Origin: Octopus vulgaris
Taxonomy: Eukaryota
DNA: 64,000 bases
Direction of reading: 5' to 3'
Assembly (NCBI GenBank): GCA_951406725.2
Contig: OX597819.1
Location: 88,350,001-88,414,000, forward strand
The notes below the pieces were generated by a model, which searched no databases, was not told the DNA's origin, and was given only the letters and a program-made list of their open reading frames with translations. The stretch's first letter is position 1. Each line of letters begins with the position of its first letter. Shown one piece after another: positions 28,634-42,170 of the stretch. The position numbers were made by a program, and so were the translations under genes.

Positions 28634-29200
28634 GCCATATTCCTACCGCTCTATGTCACGCTGGTGAGACCCATATTGGAGTACGGGATTCAAGCCTCTT
28701 CTCCTTATCTCCTCAAAGACATACATCATCTCGAAATAGTTCAGAAGCTGGCTACCCGCATGGTTCTTGGTCTCAAGTATTTGTCTTATGAAGAAAGGCT
28801 GAAGACGCTCGACCTTTATTCTCTCGAAAAACGACGGCGCCGTGGTGATCTCATTCTCGCTCACAACATCATAAGCGGAAAGCGTAACCTCTCGAAAGGG
28901 CTGTTCTTCACTCCTGCTCCAGAGCGTGGGCTGCGGAGTCACTCCGAAAAGCTCTATCTACGACGATTTCATCTCAATCGAAGGAGAGGGGCTTTCTCCG
29001 TCCGGGTTGCGGATCCGTGGAATAAGCTGCCGGACGAGATAGTGAAGATGCCGACGACTGCTCGGTTCAAAGTCTCTCTTGATCAGAAATGGCCTGAACT
29101 CTTTGTATGACCACCCTCCCTGTACATAACTCCCTGTCCCCCTACATGGCCTTGCTTTTGCTTTTTGAGCCAATAAAAAGTGAATTGAATTGAATTGAAT
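28630..29200 (+). mobile_element. 5'-truncated CR1-like LINE (3' end of ORF2, open to the stop at 29110) with a (TGAAT)n tail
   Basis: Protein nearly collinear with 51950-52432 (RPILEYGIQASSPYL...WNKLP...KWPELF), with a shared 3' UTR. Confidence 0.9.
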
Positions 29201-30209
29201 CACGGTCTTGGTTGACAGGCCAAAGATGTGGAGCGTTTAGTATATTTCCATGGTGATAATCAAGTCGGTATTATTTCTATATACTTTGCATTTTATTTTT
29301 CTTGCTATTATAAAACGTTTTCTGTCATAGCAACCGGAATCATTGTCCTGCGTAGCAAGTTGCCGGAACAGTCAAGCATATGACGCAAAACTCATTAAAT
29401 TGACCACATTATGATACACACACATATAGAAATCATTTATTTTTATAAATATGAGAAGGAAACTGGTGAAAATATTTTTAAAAAAAGGACATGCATTTGC
29501 ACGTACGAGAAGGGAGACACTAACACACATAGACACACGAGCGCACGCGCATTTGTCTCTCTGCATACACATATTCTTACATACCAGTGAGCGAGGTATT
29601 TCTTCGTATTCACTCGACCTGCTTGAAGTAGCAACTAGATCTTCCTCAAATTACACTTAGTTGTCTTATGGGAGGACGCATAGAATAAAAATACTGTAGG
29701 AATAATTTGAGATGGTCACGACTGAAAAGTCTTCAATCATTGTTATTCTGGATGGGAGTTCATCTGGCGCTAAACAACAACTACAACAACACCAGCAGCA
29801 GCAGCATCTACACCAACATCAATAACAGTATCAGCCACTATATGTAGTTGTAGCTTAGCTCTAGGTTAGCCCCGATTGCTCAAAACTTTGCTTATAAGCG
29901 TTAAAGTGCTCCAACCGCTAGAATCTCGACGGAAGTAGGCCGAGAGATCAGGTTAGAGTCCTTCTTATCGTTTTCTCGCAGAAAGAGTTAGTGTAATCGT
30001 GTATTAGTATCAACACACCATAACTATGAACTGATTTATTCAGTGATTGTGAAACAGGATTTCTAAGCACGTAAATTTAAGTCCAACGGAAAGCCTTCCT
30101 AATGTATCTTTAACTTTCAAAGATGATAGAACGATTTTGTTAACAGATATTGAGAGCGACAATCCTGAGTATCGCTCTAGCACTGTACTAGTACTTATGC
30201 ACGCACGCA

Positions 30210-30275
<66 letters not shown>

Positions 30276-30536
30276 TACCTTCTTTGCGTGGTTAATCCCA
30301 AATTTGTTTTGTTTCTTTCATATTTGTCTATGTTTGAGAGTCGTTTAACTTTTAATTACTCGTTAAGTACCTTAAATGAATAATACTTCGGTTAGTTGAG
30401 GTTAAGATGGGCTCTCTGGAACCCATGTGCGTCTAGTTGTCTCTTTTATGTGGATTCATGTATGCATGTGCAAATGTGTGTATGTATATTCTGTATATGT
30501 GTGTGTATCTGTACCTGTTTATGCATACACACACAC

Positions 30537-30586
<50 letters not shown>

Positions 30587-30588
<2 letters not shown>

Positions 30589-31370
30589 TACAAATGCGGA
30601 AAATCGGTGTTTGTTTGTTTGTGGCGTTATTAGCTAACTCCCCCTACATTGTTTTATTGATTTTGATGAAACTTGACACGTCAGAAGAACTCATATCTGG
30701 AAACTTCGTGATATGCTTAGATTGTTGAAAAAAGTCGATAATACGGCCCCTGGAAGGGACAGTTATATCTACCTCATATAACTAGTTTTTTTAACACCGA
30801 AGGGAAATAACCCATACCACCTGCACAATATATTTTTTAAACACTTAAGGGAAATAATTCATTTCATTGTTTAAGTTCGATTATTTTGAATATTGATTTT
30901 TTGTGAGTCCAATTTCCAATTTTTGCAGACAATACCACTTTTATACTCCATTTGACACATGAGTAGAACTCATGTCTGGAAACCTCCTGGCATACTTACA
31001 TTGTTGAAAAATGTCGATAATAGGGCCCCTCCAATGAATCCTTTTATTTACTACATATTACTAATATTTTATTTAAACAACCCAAGGGAAAATAACCCGT
31101 ACCACCTGCAGATGTTAGCAAAGCGATCAATATTTGATTCTCACGATCAGCCGACCTAACTCTGTATTTCACTACTCACAGTTTTGAACTACTAAACATT
31201 ATTATTGTACTTCCTTAATTTGAATCTTAAACCTTAAAGACTTCATTCATACATTTCTATACATACATACCTTTTTAAAAGAACATTACTCCGATAATTC
31301 TGCATTTTTACAGTAACACTTTTTCCATGACAGTAGATAAATTTTTTACTCTGGAACGTATTTTTAGTGA
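30587..31370 (+). mobile_element. Second copy of the Helitron-like element (5' part, truncated by SINE B at about 31375)
   Basis: Reverse-complement homology to about 17145-17900 (gaaaatcggtgtttgtttgtttgtggcgtt...ccatgacagtagataa). Confidence 0.8.
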
Positions 31371-31374
31371 GTTC

Positions 31375-31590
31375 AGGCGGCAAACTGGTAGAATCGTTAT
31401 GGTGTTCGAAAAAGTGCTTAGCGGCATTTCTTCTGACTTTACGTCCTGAGTTCAAATACCGGTAAGGTCGCTAATGGCTTTCATCCTTTTGAGGTCGGTG
31501 AAATAAGTTCCGGCTGAACACTAGGATCGATGTAATCAATTTAACCCCTCCCCTGAAATTGCTGGCCTTGTGCCAAAATTTGAAACCAAT
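31375..31590 (+). mobile_element. SINE family B
   Basis: ggcggcaaactggtagaatcgtt...gagttcaaatacc...gccttgtgccaaaatttgaaac. Confidence 0.85.
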
Positions 31591-32582
31591 TTTATCCATA
31601 ATTATAATAAACGGCTTCTTGTACACATACACACGCGCGCGCGCGCACCCCCACCCCCACATATATATATATATATATATCAATGAAAAATTATTTACCT
31701 GTAACTTGGAGACTTTCAAATTAAAGATGTTAACTTCTGTGCATAGAATATTGATCTTGAAAAAGAGACAACAAAACAATATCTTCTGTTTGACGAGAGA
31801 GTAAGAGAGCCAATGACAGGCAGAGGATGAGTGAGAGAGGGTGGGCGAAAGAGAAAGAGAAAGAGAGAGACAAAGACATATAGAGTAAGCGTGAAAGTGA
31901 GAGTAGGGAGTGAGAAAGAGAAACAGATACCAGAGATTATCGATTTAGTTCATCGATAAAGCAATAATCTCCAGGGCGAAATGAAGTCAAGTTCAAATCT
32001 ACTCATAGCTGAAATTAATTTTCTTCGTTTGTTTAATGTCTGTTAAAGACGTTGAGTAGAAGTCATTGGAAAATCGTCCGAATAATGTTGTCTAGCCATA
32101 CTGTCACTTTGGTAATATATAGTAGAGCGTCAAGTCGTGGCAATTAAAAGGAAATTTTTTTTTTAAAGTTCTTTGTTCCTTTATATCCCTGCTCAAACGT
32201 CTACAAGTTTTGTTGGTATTTTATTTTTGTTGTTGTTGTTGCCTTATTTTTGTTTTAGCAATCGCCATAGGAGGACTCTTCTATTAGCTTTTCGGTGCTT
32301 GTGTCTACTTGAAAATCTATCTGTCTGCTGAGAAAATCGCCCGAGAGAGGAAGAAAGACCAAAGCAAAATAAATAAAGGTGTAGAAAGATTTCCCGTCTA
32401 TCTTTGTGCTTTTATGAGTATTTAATGTCATTGAATGTTTGATAAAGCCATACAGTATCTTCAGAAGTAATCGACAACCGACGCAACTCGTACTGTCCAA
32501 ATGATGGTTTTGCCGTCACCGTGATTTTTGAGTGGCGTTTATTTCAATCAAAATAATTTCGTTTGTTGATTTTAGTTTCGAA

Positions 32583-32720
32583 TCATTATCATCATCATCA
32601 TCATCATCATCATCCTCATGATCACCATCATCATCATCATCATCATCATCATCCTCATGATCACCATCATCATCATCATCATCATCATCCTCATGATCAC
32701 CATCATCATCATTATTATTG
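32583..32720. repeat. (CAT)n with a higher-order unit cctcatgatcaccat repeated three times
   Basis: Direct inspection. Confidence 0.85.
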
Positions 32721-32857
32721 ATATTTCCTTTTGCTTTTACACTTTTTATTTTGCTATCTTCTGCAAATTTTCTCATCTCTGTCTCTCTCCCTACCTCTCT
32801 GTCTCTCTCCCTACCTCTATGTCTCTGTCTCTCTCTTTCTCTCTCTCGCTTTCTCTG

Positions 32858-32909
<52 letters not shown>

Positions 32910-33817
32910 ACACTTTCTCTATTTGTCTCAGCTTTTGATGATTCTGTCAACTTTATTTTATTTTCTCTTTCACACAACATACTACACACACACATGCACA
33001 TACACATACACATACACACACACGCATCCATATACAAACTGACTCGTCTATATCTACACATACATTACACAAACTATACACGCAAACACACACACAAAAA
33101 CACACATACACAAACACCACACAAATAATCACACACATACACTCACACGCATATACAAACTGACTTGTCTATATCCACTCATACGCTGTCGTTACTTTCA
33201 AAGTATGCACCAGTTTTCATATATTAGAAACGGCGCGTTCCGCTTTCATTATTTTGTTTTTCGTTCATTTTTATTTTCCTTCTTTAGTGATATGTAAACG
33301 AAATCAAATTGTGAAATGTTTCAACTGAATTTTTAATCCAACACTTCACAGATAAAAATAAATGGCAAATCAACGAAAACAGCTTGCATTGATACATACA
33401 TGCATGAATATATGCATACGTCCATACGTACATGGATAGCTATATTCATATTACATTATATATAATGCGTACGTGCACGCATACATGAATGCGTATATAC
33501 ATATTACATATGTATTTGAATGCTTACATACATGTGCATGCATACATGCGTATATATAGATTACATATAAACTTATATGCATGCACGCACATACACGTAT
33601 TGTATATATACATACATGAATGCATGCTTTCAAGCGTCATACATACAAACATACATACTTATATAGACGCATAATACTATATACATATGTGAAAACATGC
33701 ATGTATGCCCACATGTATATCATACATGTATACATACATACCAACATATATGAACATATAATACATACGTGCATGCAAGCATACATACATACATACATAC
33801 ATACATACATACATACA

Positions 33818-33848
<31 letters not shown>

Positions 33849-34589
33849 TGCCATAAATAAACAACACTGGAAGTGTTTCATTTTGAATCAGTAAATATGG
33901 TAGCCGATGCCGAAGAAGGATAAACTGTGTTGGCCTTTCTTACTGAAACGCTTAGATGTTTGCCGCCATCTTGTCTATGTCGACCCACCATAGAAACTGA
34001 CTTTTACTTTTAAACGCAGCACATTTTATATATTTTGGTGGCTTCCTATCTTGAATTACCATATTTATTCACTTCTAGTTAAGAAAATTCCATTTGTTTC
34101 AATTTTATCATGTAGAAATTTCGAGAACATGACATATAACGAAAATGAGATAGGATTTCTTCGATATAATGTATTTGGCTTTACTTGAATATAAAGAAAT
34201 AAAAATAAAATCCAATGAAATAATAATATCATTGCAAAATATATCTTACTTGTCACGGAATGATTAAACTGAAAAACTTTAGATGTGACTGATACTTTTC
34301 TTTTCTGCTCGAAAGGAAGTGAATGCAGAAATACTAATATTCGAAGATAAACTGTACCAAATAAATAAACAAACAAGTAAACAAGCAAACACATGATGTT
34401 ATCGACAACTTTATTGATAAGCATATTGCCAATAATAACTGTACAGAAATCATAGCAATGAGCAGACGAGCTACGAAGATAGAGGGATGGAAAGGCGAAA
34501 GAGTTGAACGTAGTATAAAGAGAATAGCTGAACACTTACTGTGAAGGAATTGAGAAATGAGGCGAATGCTGAATATGGGAGTTTTGAAT

Positions 34590-34627
34590 GAAAGAAAGAA
34601 AGAAAGAAAGAAAGACAGAAAGAAAGC

Positions 34628-34667
<40 letters not shown>

Positions 34668-34802
34668 AGGAAAAAGAAAGAAACAAACAAACAAACAAAC
34701 AAAGGAAAAAGGTAGGTAGGAAGGAAGGAAGGAAAAAAGAAAGATAGAAAGAAAGAAAGAAAGAAAGAAAGGAAAAGGTAGGTAGGTAGGAAGGAAAGAA
34801 AA

Positions 34803-34842
<40 letters not shown>

Positions 34843-34985
34843 AAAAAGAGGAACAAAGCCATGGAATGAAGAAAAGCAAGAAAATAGAGAAAGAAAGAAA
34901 TGAAAGAAAAATACAGAAAAAAGGAAAGAAATTAAATAACAAAATCAGAAAAATAAAGAGCAAGCAGAAAAGAAATGAAAGAAAA
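34590..34985. repeat. (GAAA)n purine-rich microsatellite
   Basis: Direct inspection. Confidence 0.9.
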
Positions 34986-35619
34986 ACTTTCGTTAGTTTG
35001 TTTTAGCCATCACAACAAAAGCCATACAGGAGTTTGTAATGATCATTGTATGAAAACGAATCACTTCTATTTAATGTATCCTTCATTTCTTTTGTTATTC
35101 TGTTGAGTGATTTGAGAGAGATTTGGTTATTATTCCTAAAAGGTTGAGAAACCATGTAGAGATTTCGTTGTCCTATTACAGATTTCTAAAAGAGGTTGTA
35201 GTCGTTGCTGAGCTCCGCACCGAACAAGCAGGCCTGTGATCAAAGGCAATTTTTCCGTGTCCATCTCTTTAGATTTTTAAACAGTATATCTAGGACTACA
35301 TCTACCAAAGTATACCCCACTTTTTAAAAGACCTTTGGGTATAATTTCGGACAGGTTTTTACCTGCTATTTCTGTCCGACCATTGGCTTCATACAGATGT
35401 GCTTTAATTTTTACTGATTTCTTACAAGATGCTTTCATTTTGTCTACAAATGTGGAAAACTGATTTCTCATTGATAGACAGAAAAGAAAGTAGGGAAAAA
35501 GAAAAGAAGGGCTCAGATTTGTAGTCGAATACTTTCACTCTAATATATGACAGATCGTTTTATTTTATAGACAACTAGTGCAAGGCATGGCTGTGTGGTT
35601 AAGTAACTCGCTTTGCAAC

Positions 35620-35933
35620 CTATTCTATCGGTCATTTTTGCCGAACCGCTAAATTACGAGGATGTAAACACACCACCATCGGTTGTCAAGCGATGCTGGA
35701 CAAACACAGACACACAAAGATATACACACACATACACATACACACACACACACAGACATATACATATATACGATGGGCTTCTTTCAGTTTCCGTCTACCA
35801 AATCCACTCACAAGGCTTTGGTCGGCCCGAGGCTATAGTAGAAGACATTTACCCAAGGTGCCACGCAGTGGGACTGAGCCCGGAACCATGTGGTTGATAA
35901 GCAAGCTACATACTACACAGCCACTCCTGCGCC
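35620..35933 (-). mobile_element. SINE family A
   Basis: Reverse complement of family A, ending cacagccactcctgcgcct. Confidence 0.9.
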
Positions 35934-36137
35934 TAGTAGCATTTCGTCCATTTTCACGTTCTGAATTCAAATTCCGCCGATATCGACTTTGCCTTTCATC
36001 CTTTAGGGGATGAACAAACCAGCACCGGTCGTGAAGCAGTGGTTGGGGATAGAGACCAACATAAAAACACACAGATGCACACACACATACCCACGCACGC
36101 ACATACACATACATACAAATACATAGGCATGCACACA

Positions 36138-36180
<43 letters not shown>

Positions 36181-36207
36181 GCGCGCGCGCGCACACACAC
36201 ACACGCA

Positions 36208-36242
<35 letters not shown>

Positions 36243-37932
36243 ATGTAGGTAAAATATTTGATTGGGGACTGTTTGGTGCTGCCATCTACAGTTGCTTTCG
36301 GAATAAAGAGTGGAAGAGAGAAAGAGTTTACTAAGAAATATATGTACGACGGTCTTCTTTCAGTTACTGTCTACTAAATCCATTCACAAAGCTTTCATCA
36401 GTCCGGTGCTAAAGTAGAAAACTTTATTTGCCCATAGTATCGCGAGGTGAGACTGAAGTCAAGACCACGTGATTAGAAAACAAGCTTCTAACGACTCATC
36501 GTGATAATATTTTAACATAGTCTTTTTTTCCGTCCACCATTTCATGAAGTAGAATTTTCATCAATTATTTGCTGAATTTTTAAAGAAATCCTCAGCTTCA
36601 TGCGAATTCAGCGGCACGCCAAGAGGCGGTTTGCTTTAATATCACCGACTTGAAATAAATGAAGAAGGTGGAATTACAGTGCTAGATATATGAATTGTGC
36701 TCCGCCTTGGGGGAGGAGGGTTTTATACCACGAACAAGCAGTAACGCCTCACTCTCCTAATCCTCCTCATCCTACTCCTCTTCAATATCGTCTGCCATCT
36801 CTACAGTTTCTCAGTCTTCCACTGCTTGTCCCTCCTCATCGCATCTTCAGGTCTATCAGCTGAATTACGCCTGATCTGCAGCATCATGCCGTCGAATCAA
36901 CCTAAATTTATAACAGTGGCGAAAAAAAAAATTATAATAATAACAAAAGGCTTAGTAAAAATATCGCCGCCGATGGAAACTACATCCTCTTTGGCTGCGT
37001 CACACGCACCATTTTGAATTGCCGGATTAATGACAATTATAAGAAAACGTTGTCTGAGACAGTGAAGATAATTTTACAAAAGATTGTCTCTCGCCTGTTT
37101 TCTGAAGACACAGAAAATAATCGATAGAAAAATCAGAAACCAATTTGTTCAAATTATCGATATGTTTATTGATATATTTTTTATAGATGTATGTCTATGT
37201 ACGTATGCGTGTGTGTATGTGTGTGTGTGTGTGTGTGTGACAGAAAGAGAGAAAGTACATACATACAAGCATACATACGCACACATATATGAACAAACAT
37301 ACACACACATATGAGCATGCGTGTGCATACTTATTCAATTTTCAAACATACATACACACATCCATACGCATAATATAAGTATGCGTGCGTGAATAGATAT
37401 TAGATATTCTCTCTCTTTCTCTTCTCTCCTTTTCTCAATTACACATGCCAAAAGACAAATACGCAGATGGATTGACAAGCGCACACATGCATATATAATC
37501 ATTCACACACACACACACACATATATTTATATATCATTCATACACACGTTCACTTATAAGCGCTCAGAGTGAAAGCGCTTGAAGAGATTAGAAAAAATAA
37601 AAGTGGCAAAGATAACATTTGGATTGTATGTACATACACACATAAATACGTATATATGTAAATAAAAATATATATATATAAAGAAATATTTGTAAATAAA
37701 TAAATGATACACATACGTTTGTGCACAGACATGCGCGCGCGCGACGAATGTATGCATGTATGGATGTACGCATGTATATATGTATGTTTGTACGTATGTA
37801 TGTATGTATGTATGTATGAATGTATTTATGTATGTATGTATGTATGTGAGTGTGTATGTATGTATGTATGTATGTGTGTATGTATATATGTATGTATATC
37901 AGTATGTATGGATGCATCCATGCACGAATGTG

Positions 37933-37964
<32 letters not shown>

Positions 37965-38248
37965 TGTATGTATGTATGTATACATGTATGTATGTATGTG
38001 TGTGTGTATGTATGTATGTATGTGTGTGTATGTATGTATGTATGTATGTATGTATGTATGTATGTATGTGTATGCATGCATGAGCTAATATGGAAGACAT
38101 GTATGCGCATATGTATGTCTCTTAACTAAACTGATCGATGGAGTTAAGAGTAAAGAGAACAAAGAAAGAAAGAAAGAAAAAAAGAAGGAAAGAAAGAAGG
38201 GAAGAAAGGAAAAAGAAGAAAAAAGAAAGATAAAAAGATAGATAGATT

Positions 38249-38341
<93 letters not shown>

Positions 38342-38489
38342 AAAGAAAGATGAAGAAAAAAAAGGAAAAATAATAAAAATAGAAAGGGAAATTTTTTTCG
38401 AGAAATAGGGAAGGAAATATGAGAAGCACTAAAAAGAAGTGGTCCCTGGTTTGCAGGAGACTGAAAATTAAAAGAAGCTTTACATTGTC

Positions 38490-38905
38490 AAGGTTTGACC
38501 TTAAGTCAACCTTAATCTTGCAGACTTATATGATCAAAGGCATCCTACCTATGACCATTACGAGTTTTTGTAAATCTAGGATTGCATTTTACAGTGGTGG
38601 TGGTGGTTGTGGTGGTGGTGGTGGTGGTGGTGGTGGTGGTGGTGGTGGTAGTGGTAGTGGTGGTTTTGGTGGTGGTGGTGGTGGTGGTGGTGGTGGTGGT
38701 GGTGGTGGTGGTGGTGGTGGTGATGGTGATGGTGGTGGTGGTGGTGGTGGTGGTGGTGGTGGTGGTGGTGGTGGTGGTGGTGGTGGTGGTGGTGGGTGGT
38801 GGTGGTGTGTGTGTGTGAGAGAGAGAGAGATCTTTGTTTTTAAATTTGAGAGAGATTTGACTGTTATTTCTAGTAGGTCGAGCGACCGCGTCGCACCCTC
38901 GAAGA
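38490..38905 (+). mobile_element. Unclassified interspersed repeat carrying an internal (GGT)n tract (38594-38806)
   Basis: Flanks tatgatcaaaggcat...atgacc and ttgagagagatttg..ctgttatttctag recur at about 35110-35360, 45310-45665 and 47830-48030, and reverse-complemented at 7590-7780, 11220-11420 and 29600-29780. Confidence 0.6.
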
Positions 38906-39519
38906 CCAGGCCTCGTTTGGCTCAAAAGCAATCATGGAGTAACTTGCTGTCTGCGGGATTTTCTGAATGACATGGTTAACGATAAATTACTTTGAACGTT
39001 TTGTTTTTAGGAATGCGGCCCGCCTGTTGATGAGTCACGTCTCATGCAACGCCTGCTCTAGATGACAGAAGGTTCTTAAAAAGATATGGTGAAAGTGAAA
39101 GCAAGTAGGAAGGCAGAGGTATAGAAGGTGCGTGCAAGTGAGGAGTAAAATGAGTGGGAGAACGAGAACGAGGGCGCAGGGGAGAGAGAGTGAGGGAGAG
39201 GGGGAGGGGGATTGGCATTTGAATAAATAGTTTCTTGTGTTTCAATAATTATATGCAATACAAAGAATAATGAAATGAAATTAAAATGAAGTGCATAAAG
39301 TGTGTTGTGAGTAAAATGAATATATGGGTGCGCGAGTGTGTGAATGATAGTGAATGGAGTTGAGAATGGCGAGAGAACGGGTGAGTTAGGGAAGAAGATA
39401 GACAATGAATGAACGAGTGAGTGAGTGAGAAAGGAGGGGGAAGGAGAGATTGGGAGGGAGGGAGGTAGAGAGTATGAGAACGGAAGAATTAAGTGACCCA
39501 TATATATATATATCTTAAC

Positions 39520-40186
39520 TATTTCTTATTTCTTTATTGCTCACAAGGGGCTAAACATAGAGGAGACAAACAAGGACAGACAAAGGGATTAAGTCGATTA
39601 CATCGACCCCAGTGCGAAACTGGTACTTTTATTTATCGACCCCGAAAGGATGAAAGGCAAAGTCGACCTCGGCGGAATTTGAACTCAGAACGTAACGACA
39701 GACGAAATACCTATTTCTTTATTACCCACAAGGGGCTAAACACAGAGGGAACAAACAAGGACAGACATAGGTATTAAGTCGATTACATCGACCCCAGTTC
39801 GTAACTGGTACTTAATTTATCGACCCCGAAAGGATGAAAGGCAAAGTCGACCTCGGCGGAATTTGAACTCACAACGTAACGCAGACGAAATACCGCTAAG
39901 CATTCCGCCCGGCGCGCTAACGTGTCTGCCAGCTCGATATCTTACCTATTTCTTATTTCTTTATTGCCCACAAGGGATCAAACATAGAGGAGACAAACAA
40001 GTACAGACAAACGGATTAAGTCGATTACATCGACCCTTGTGCGTTACTGGTACTTAATTTATCGACCCCGAAAGGCTGAAAGGCAAAGTCGACCTCGGCG
40101 GAATTTGAACTCAGAACGTAGCGGCAGACGAAATACGGCTACGCATTTCAGCCGGCGTGCTAACGTTTCTGCCAGCTCGCCGCCCT
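39520..40186 (-). mobile_element. Head-to-tail trimer of SINE family B
   Basis: Units at about 39521-39710, 39711-39935 and 39947-40186, highly similar to 46120-46352. Confidence 0.9.
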
Positions 40187-40204
40187 CCATATATCTATAT
40201 ATCT

Positions 40205-40760
40205 TATCTTTTACTTCATTCAGTCATTGGACTGCGGCCACACTGGAGCACTACCTTGACGGGCTTAGTTCTCAAAGTGGACGGCATTGCCCCTCTGTGG
40301 GCAATGGAAAGTTTCAAGGGGGCGTTGAAGAAAAGGGGACGATAATGGGGTAGCAATTCAGGTAAAATGTGGGGCAATAATAGGATAATGATTCATGTAA
40401 AAACAACAAAATAATGGGTTTATTAAGTTAAGTTTTATTTGTGAAATACAGTTGCTTTGAATTTGCTTCAGCAAAAGGTCTACGTTTGTGATGGTTACTT
40501 AGGGTGGAGGCGCTAGGAATGTAACCTGGGTGTCAAAAGGCGGCAGTCCGAAAAAGTTTGGGAACCATTGGCTTAGTCGAACAAATCGTTCCCAGCACTT
40601 ACTCTTTCCTTTTTTTATTTTCGCTTTGTACTATCGGATTCTTTGTCGAACAGCTAAGTTACAGGGACATAAACACACAAACACCAGTTGTCAATCGGTG
40701 GTTGGGGGACAAACGCACACACACGAATGCACACACACACGTGCGTGTGTGTGTGTGTTA
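40205..40760 (-). mobile_element. SINE family A 3' half interrupted by a hAT-like MITE (about 40265-40570)
   Basis: The SINE breaks at gcttagt and resumes at gcttagtcgaacaaatc. The insert ends in tttgggaaccattg, a hAT-type TIR. Confidence 0.7.
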
Positions 40761-40892
40761 TTTAGAATATGAGGAGTTTAGTTCACTGGTGATTTAAACG
40801 AATAGGTACGCTGTGTAAGTGCTATAATTGATCATCCGTTAGGTTTCAAGTTCACACCTGAGGCTGGAGCTAGGGATCCATAGTAGGAAAAA

Positions 40893-41552
40893 TATTAGAG
40901 AGAAAAAGACAACGAAAACCAAAGCAGGACGAGTATCTCAAGTCATTTAAAATATTTAAGTAGAGTAAGGTGAACTTGAGGTAATAAATAAATAAATTAA
41001 TTAATTAGTTAATAAATTATTGGATGTCTTACAGCTGTTTCTGAGATATCCCAAGTAATTAGTTAGCATCTCTATACACTGGGTATTCCGTCATCAGAAT
41101 AGTATGTATGAAAGTTCTAGACAAAAAATTCAGTTTATAAAGGAATAACATAGTAGATAGAAGAATAAAGAGTAAGACAGTAGACAGGAGAATAAAGAAA
41201 GGAGAATAAAGACCTGTGAACTTTATTCTCCTGTCTGTATTCTTCTGTCTACTGTTTTACTCTTTATTCTTCTATCTATTATTTTATTCCTTTATAAACT
41301 GTGAATTTCCATGTCTAGAACTTTCATACATACTAACCCTGTCTCTGATGATGGAATACCCAGTGTATAGAGATGCTAACCTACCACTTAGGATATCCCA
41401 GAAACAGTTGTAAGACATCGTATAATTAATTGATCAATTAATTAACTAACTAATTAATTAATTACTTCAAATTCGCCTTACTCTAATTAAAGATTCTAAA
41501 TGACTTAAGCTACTCGTTCTGCCTTGATTTATGTTGTCCTTTTTCCTCTAAG

Positions 41553-41555
<3 letters not shown>
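40893..41555. mobile_element. Penelope-like pseudo-LTR palindrome (arms 40893-41211 and 41221-41555)
   Basis: About 320-bp diverged reverse-complement arms around a 9-nt loop, with hammerhead motifs in both arms. It abuts (TA)n. Confidence 0.8.
41340..41417 (+). ncRNA. Type I hammerhead ribozyme motif
   Basis: tgtct-CTGATGA(41345-41351)-[tggaatacccagtg...cacttaggatatccca]-GAAA(41401-41404)-C-agtt-G-TA-agaca. The minus-arm copy (41025-41098) has the palindromic loop CAGCTG but a damaged stem I. Confidence 0.8.
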
Positions 41556-41616
<61 letters not shown>

Positions 41617-41640
41617 TGGAAATGATGTACATGTATTTTA

Positions 41641-41732
<92 letters not shown>

Positions 41733-41744
41733 TGTGTGTGTGTG

Positions 41745-41982
41745 TGTGTGTGTTTATATATTTGTTTATCCCCCACCACCGCTTGACAACCGGTGTTGAT
41801 GTGTTTACATAACCGTAACTTAAAGATTCAGCAAAAGATACCAATAGAATAAGTACGAGCGTCTAGGGAAAAAAAGAAGAAGTACTGGGGTCGATTCATT
41901 CGACTAAAATTTCTTCAAGGTTGTGCTCCAGCATGGCTGCAGTCTAATGACTGAAACAAGTGAAAGCTAAAAAGTAAAAGAG
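41745..41982 (+). mobile_element. SINE family A 3' half
   Basis: cgcttgacaaccggtgttg...ccagcatggctgcagtctaatgactgaaacaag. Confidence 0.85.
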
Positions 41983-42126
41983 AATTTGTCAGTTAAATCC
42001 AATGATGTGCAGGCGTTTCACTTTTTCATTTTATTTCTTTTTGTTTTTTCTTATGCGAGACGATTATCATCTGACAAGACGAAGCATTCATCATCATCAT
42101 CATCATTGTCGTCGTCGTCGTCATCG

Positions 42127-42170
<44 letters not shown>

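Noticed and set aside
38419-38970. 183-aa glycine-rich ORF
   Set aside because: The poly-Gly comes from a (GGT)n tract inside an interspersed repeat, and the flanks are repeat-derived.
39011-39075. Possible exon after the acceptor-like ttttgtttttag
   Set aside because: All three frames reach a stop within about 55 nt and there is no supporting neighbouring exon.
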